Source: Neoechinorhynchus agilis (lineage: Eukaryota > Animalia > Acanthocephala). From it: DNA of 64,000 nucleotides. Under the pieces are notes generated by a model. The model worked only from the letters and a program-made list of their open reading frames with translations. It was not told the DNA's origin and did no database searches. Below are positions 63,229-64,000 of the stretch, piece by piece; position 1 is the first letter of the stretch; the number at the start of each line of letters is the position of its first letter. Position numbers and translations under genes: made by a program. The DNA lies in NCBI GenBank assembly GCA_051530055.1, contig CM121342.1:5393489-5457488 (forward strand), written 5' to 3'.

Positions 63229-64000
63229 AATCCCTTTTTTTGGCTATAATCCTCACATTATCCTTTTTTTTGTAAGAATCGAATATTTTCTTCATTAATC
63301 AAAGAAATATATTCGGGTAGAGGAGGTGACCTCGCCTCATCAGTCTTCTAAAAATCTATAAATCAAATGTGCTATTACCGGGGGGAATCTCGCGCTCTTG
63401 AAGGTAACCCATAAAATAACCAATCTTTTGAAAAGAAATGGATTTTGGCCATCGGGCCCGTTTTATTCTCTGGGTCCTCGTGATCACTTGAATTTGGAGT
63501 AAATGACGGTCGACACGCATTAAAAGTGTTCTTTTTTTGAGGGAAATTCTCCTTTGGTTACTTGCTCAAGTTCATCAGTTGACTAAAAGTCACTTTTTTT
63601 TAATGTCGACTTTTAAACAAAAAAACCTAAAGTCCGATTTGATACAAAAACATTCTCACCAGTATAGAGGACCGAAATGAAAAATTGGGTTAATTTGATT
63701 AGAAAAGGATGCAATCGAAAATTGTCGATCTTCTCAAAAACTCTTTTATAAAAGCAATAATTACAGCTTTTCTGAGAATTCCAAAAGATTTCGTGCCTTA
63801 GAGAAGTTCTTCCTGCCTTCAAAGTCTCGTCGATTTTATTAAAAATCAGTTTTGTCGGTCGATAATATTTAAAAGTGCTGGTAAGTTTCGCCAATTAATG
63901 AATCGAATGGCCCTAACAATTGAATTTGCATCTATACCACCCCGTTTTTCATCTCTTATTAACTTTTTCTCGGTTTTTTTAAAGAAATCGAATGAACCAC

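Overview
Gene-dense eukaryotic DNA, very probably from an animal (syntaxin-1, STRIP, Ig-domain membrane protein, SERAC1); the species cannot be determined from the sequence. Recognisable genes: STX1, PRP16/DHX38, a Tudor protein, SERAC1, an RRM protein, IMPDH, STRIP1/2, an Ig-domain protein, RAB5IF, RNMT, an ATP8A-type flippase, CDIPT/PIS, AMDHD2, PRP22/DHX8, a divergent HELLS-like SNF2 and NDUFV2. The window also holds five unrelated tandem-repeat arrays, CRE-clade and L2/CR1-type retrotransposon fragments, and two MITE-like palindromes. Main result: nine 71-439 nt intervening sequences interrupt coding regions of eight genes. They lack GT-AG ends at the homology-predicted junctions, are bounded by TA...TA (7 of 9; TA...GA and TA...AA once each), and are closed by a sequence-unique terminal stem, often with G-U pairs on the sense strand. 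Removing each one and leaving a single TA restores the reading frame, and at the eight sites in recognisable families the conserved protein motif. This points to structure-guided non-canonical introns, or IES-like DNA excision, coexisting with ordinary GT-AG introns. Other findings: two pairs of mutually exclusive syntaxin exons, operon/trans-splicing-like gene packing, and a twin-priming-type inversion of a CRE element. Alignments to known proteins are from memory and no searches were run.
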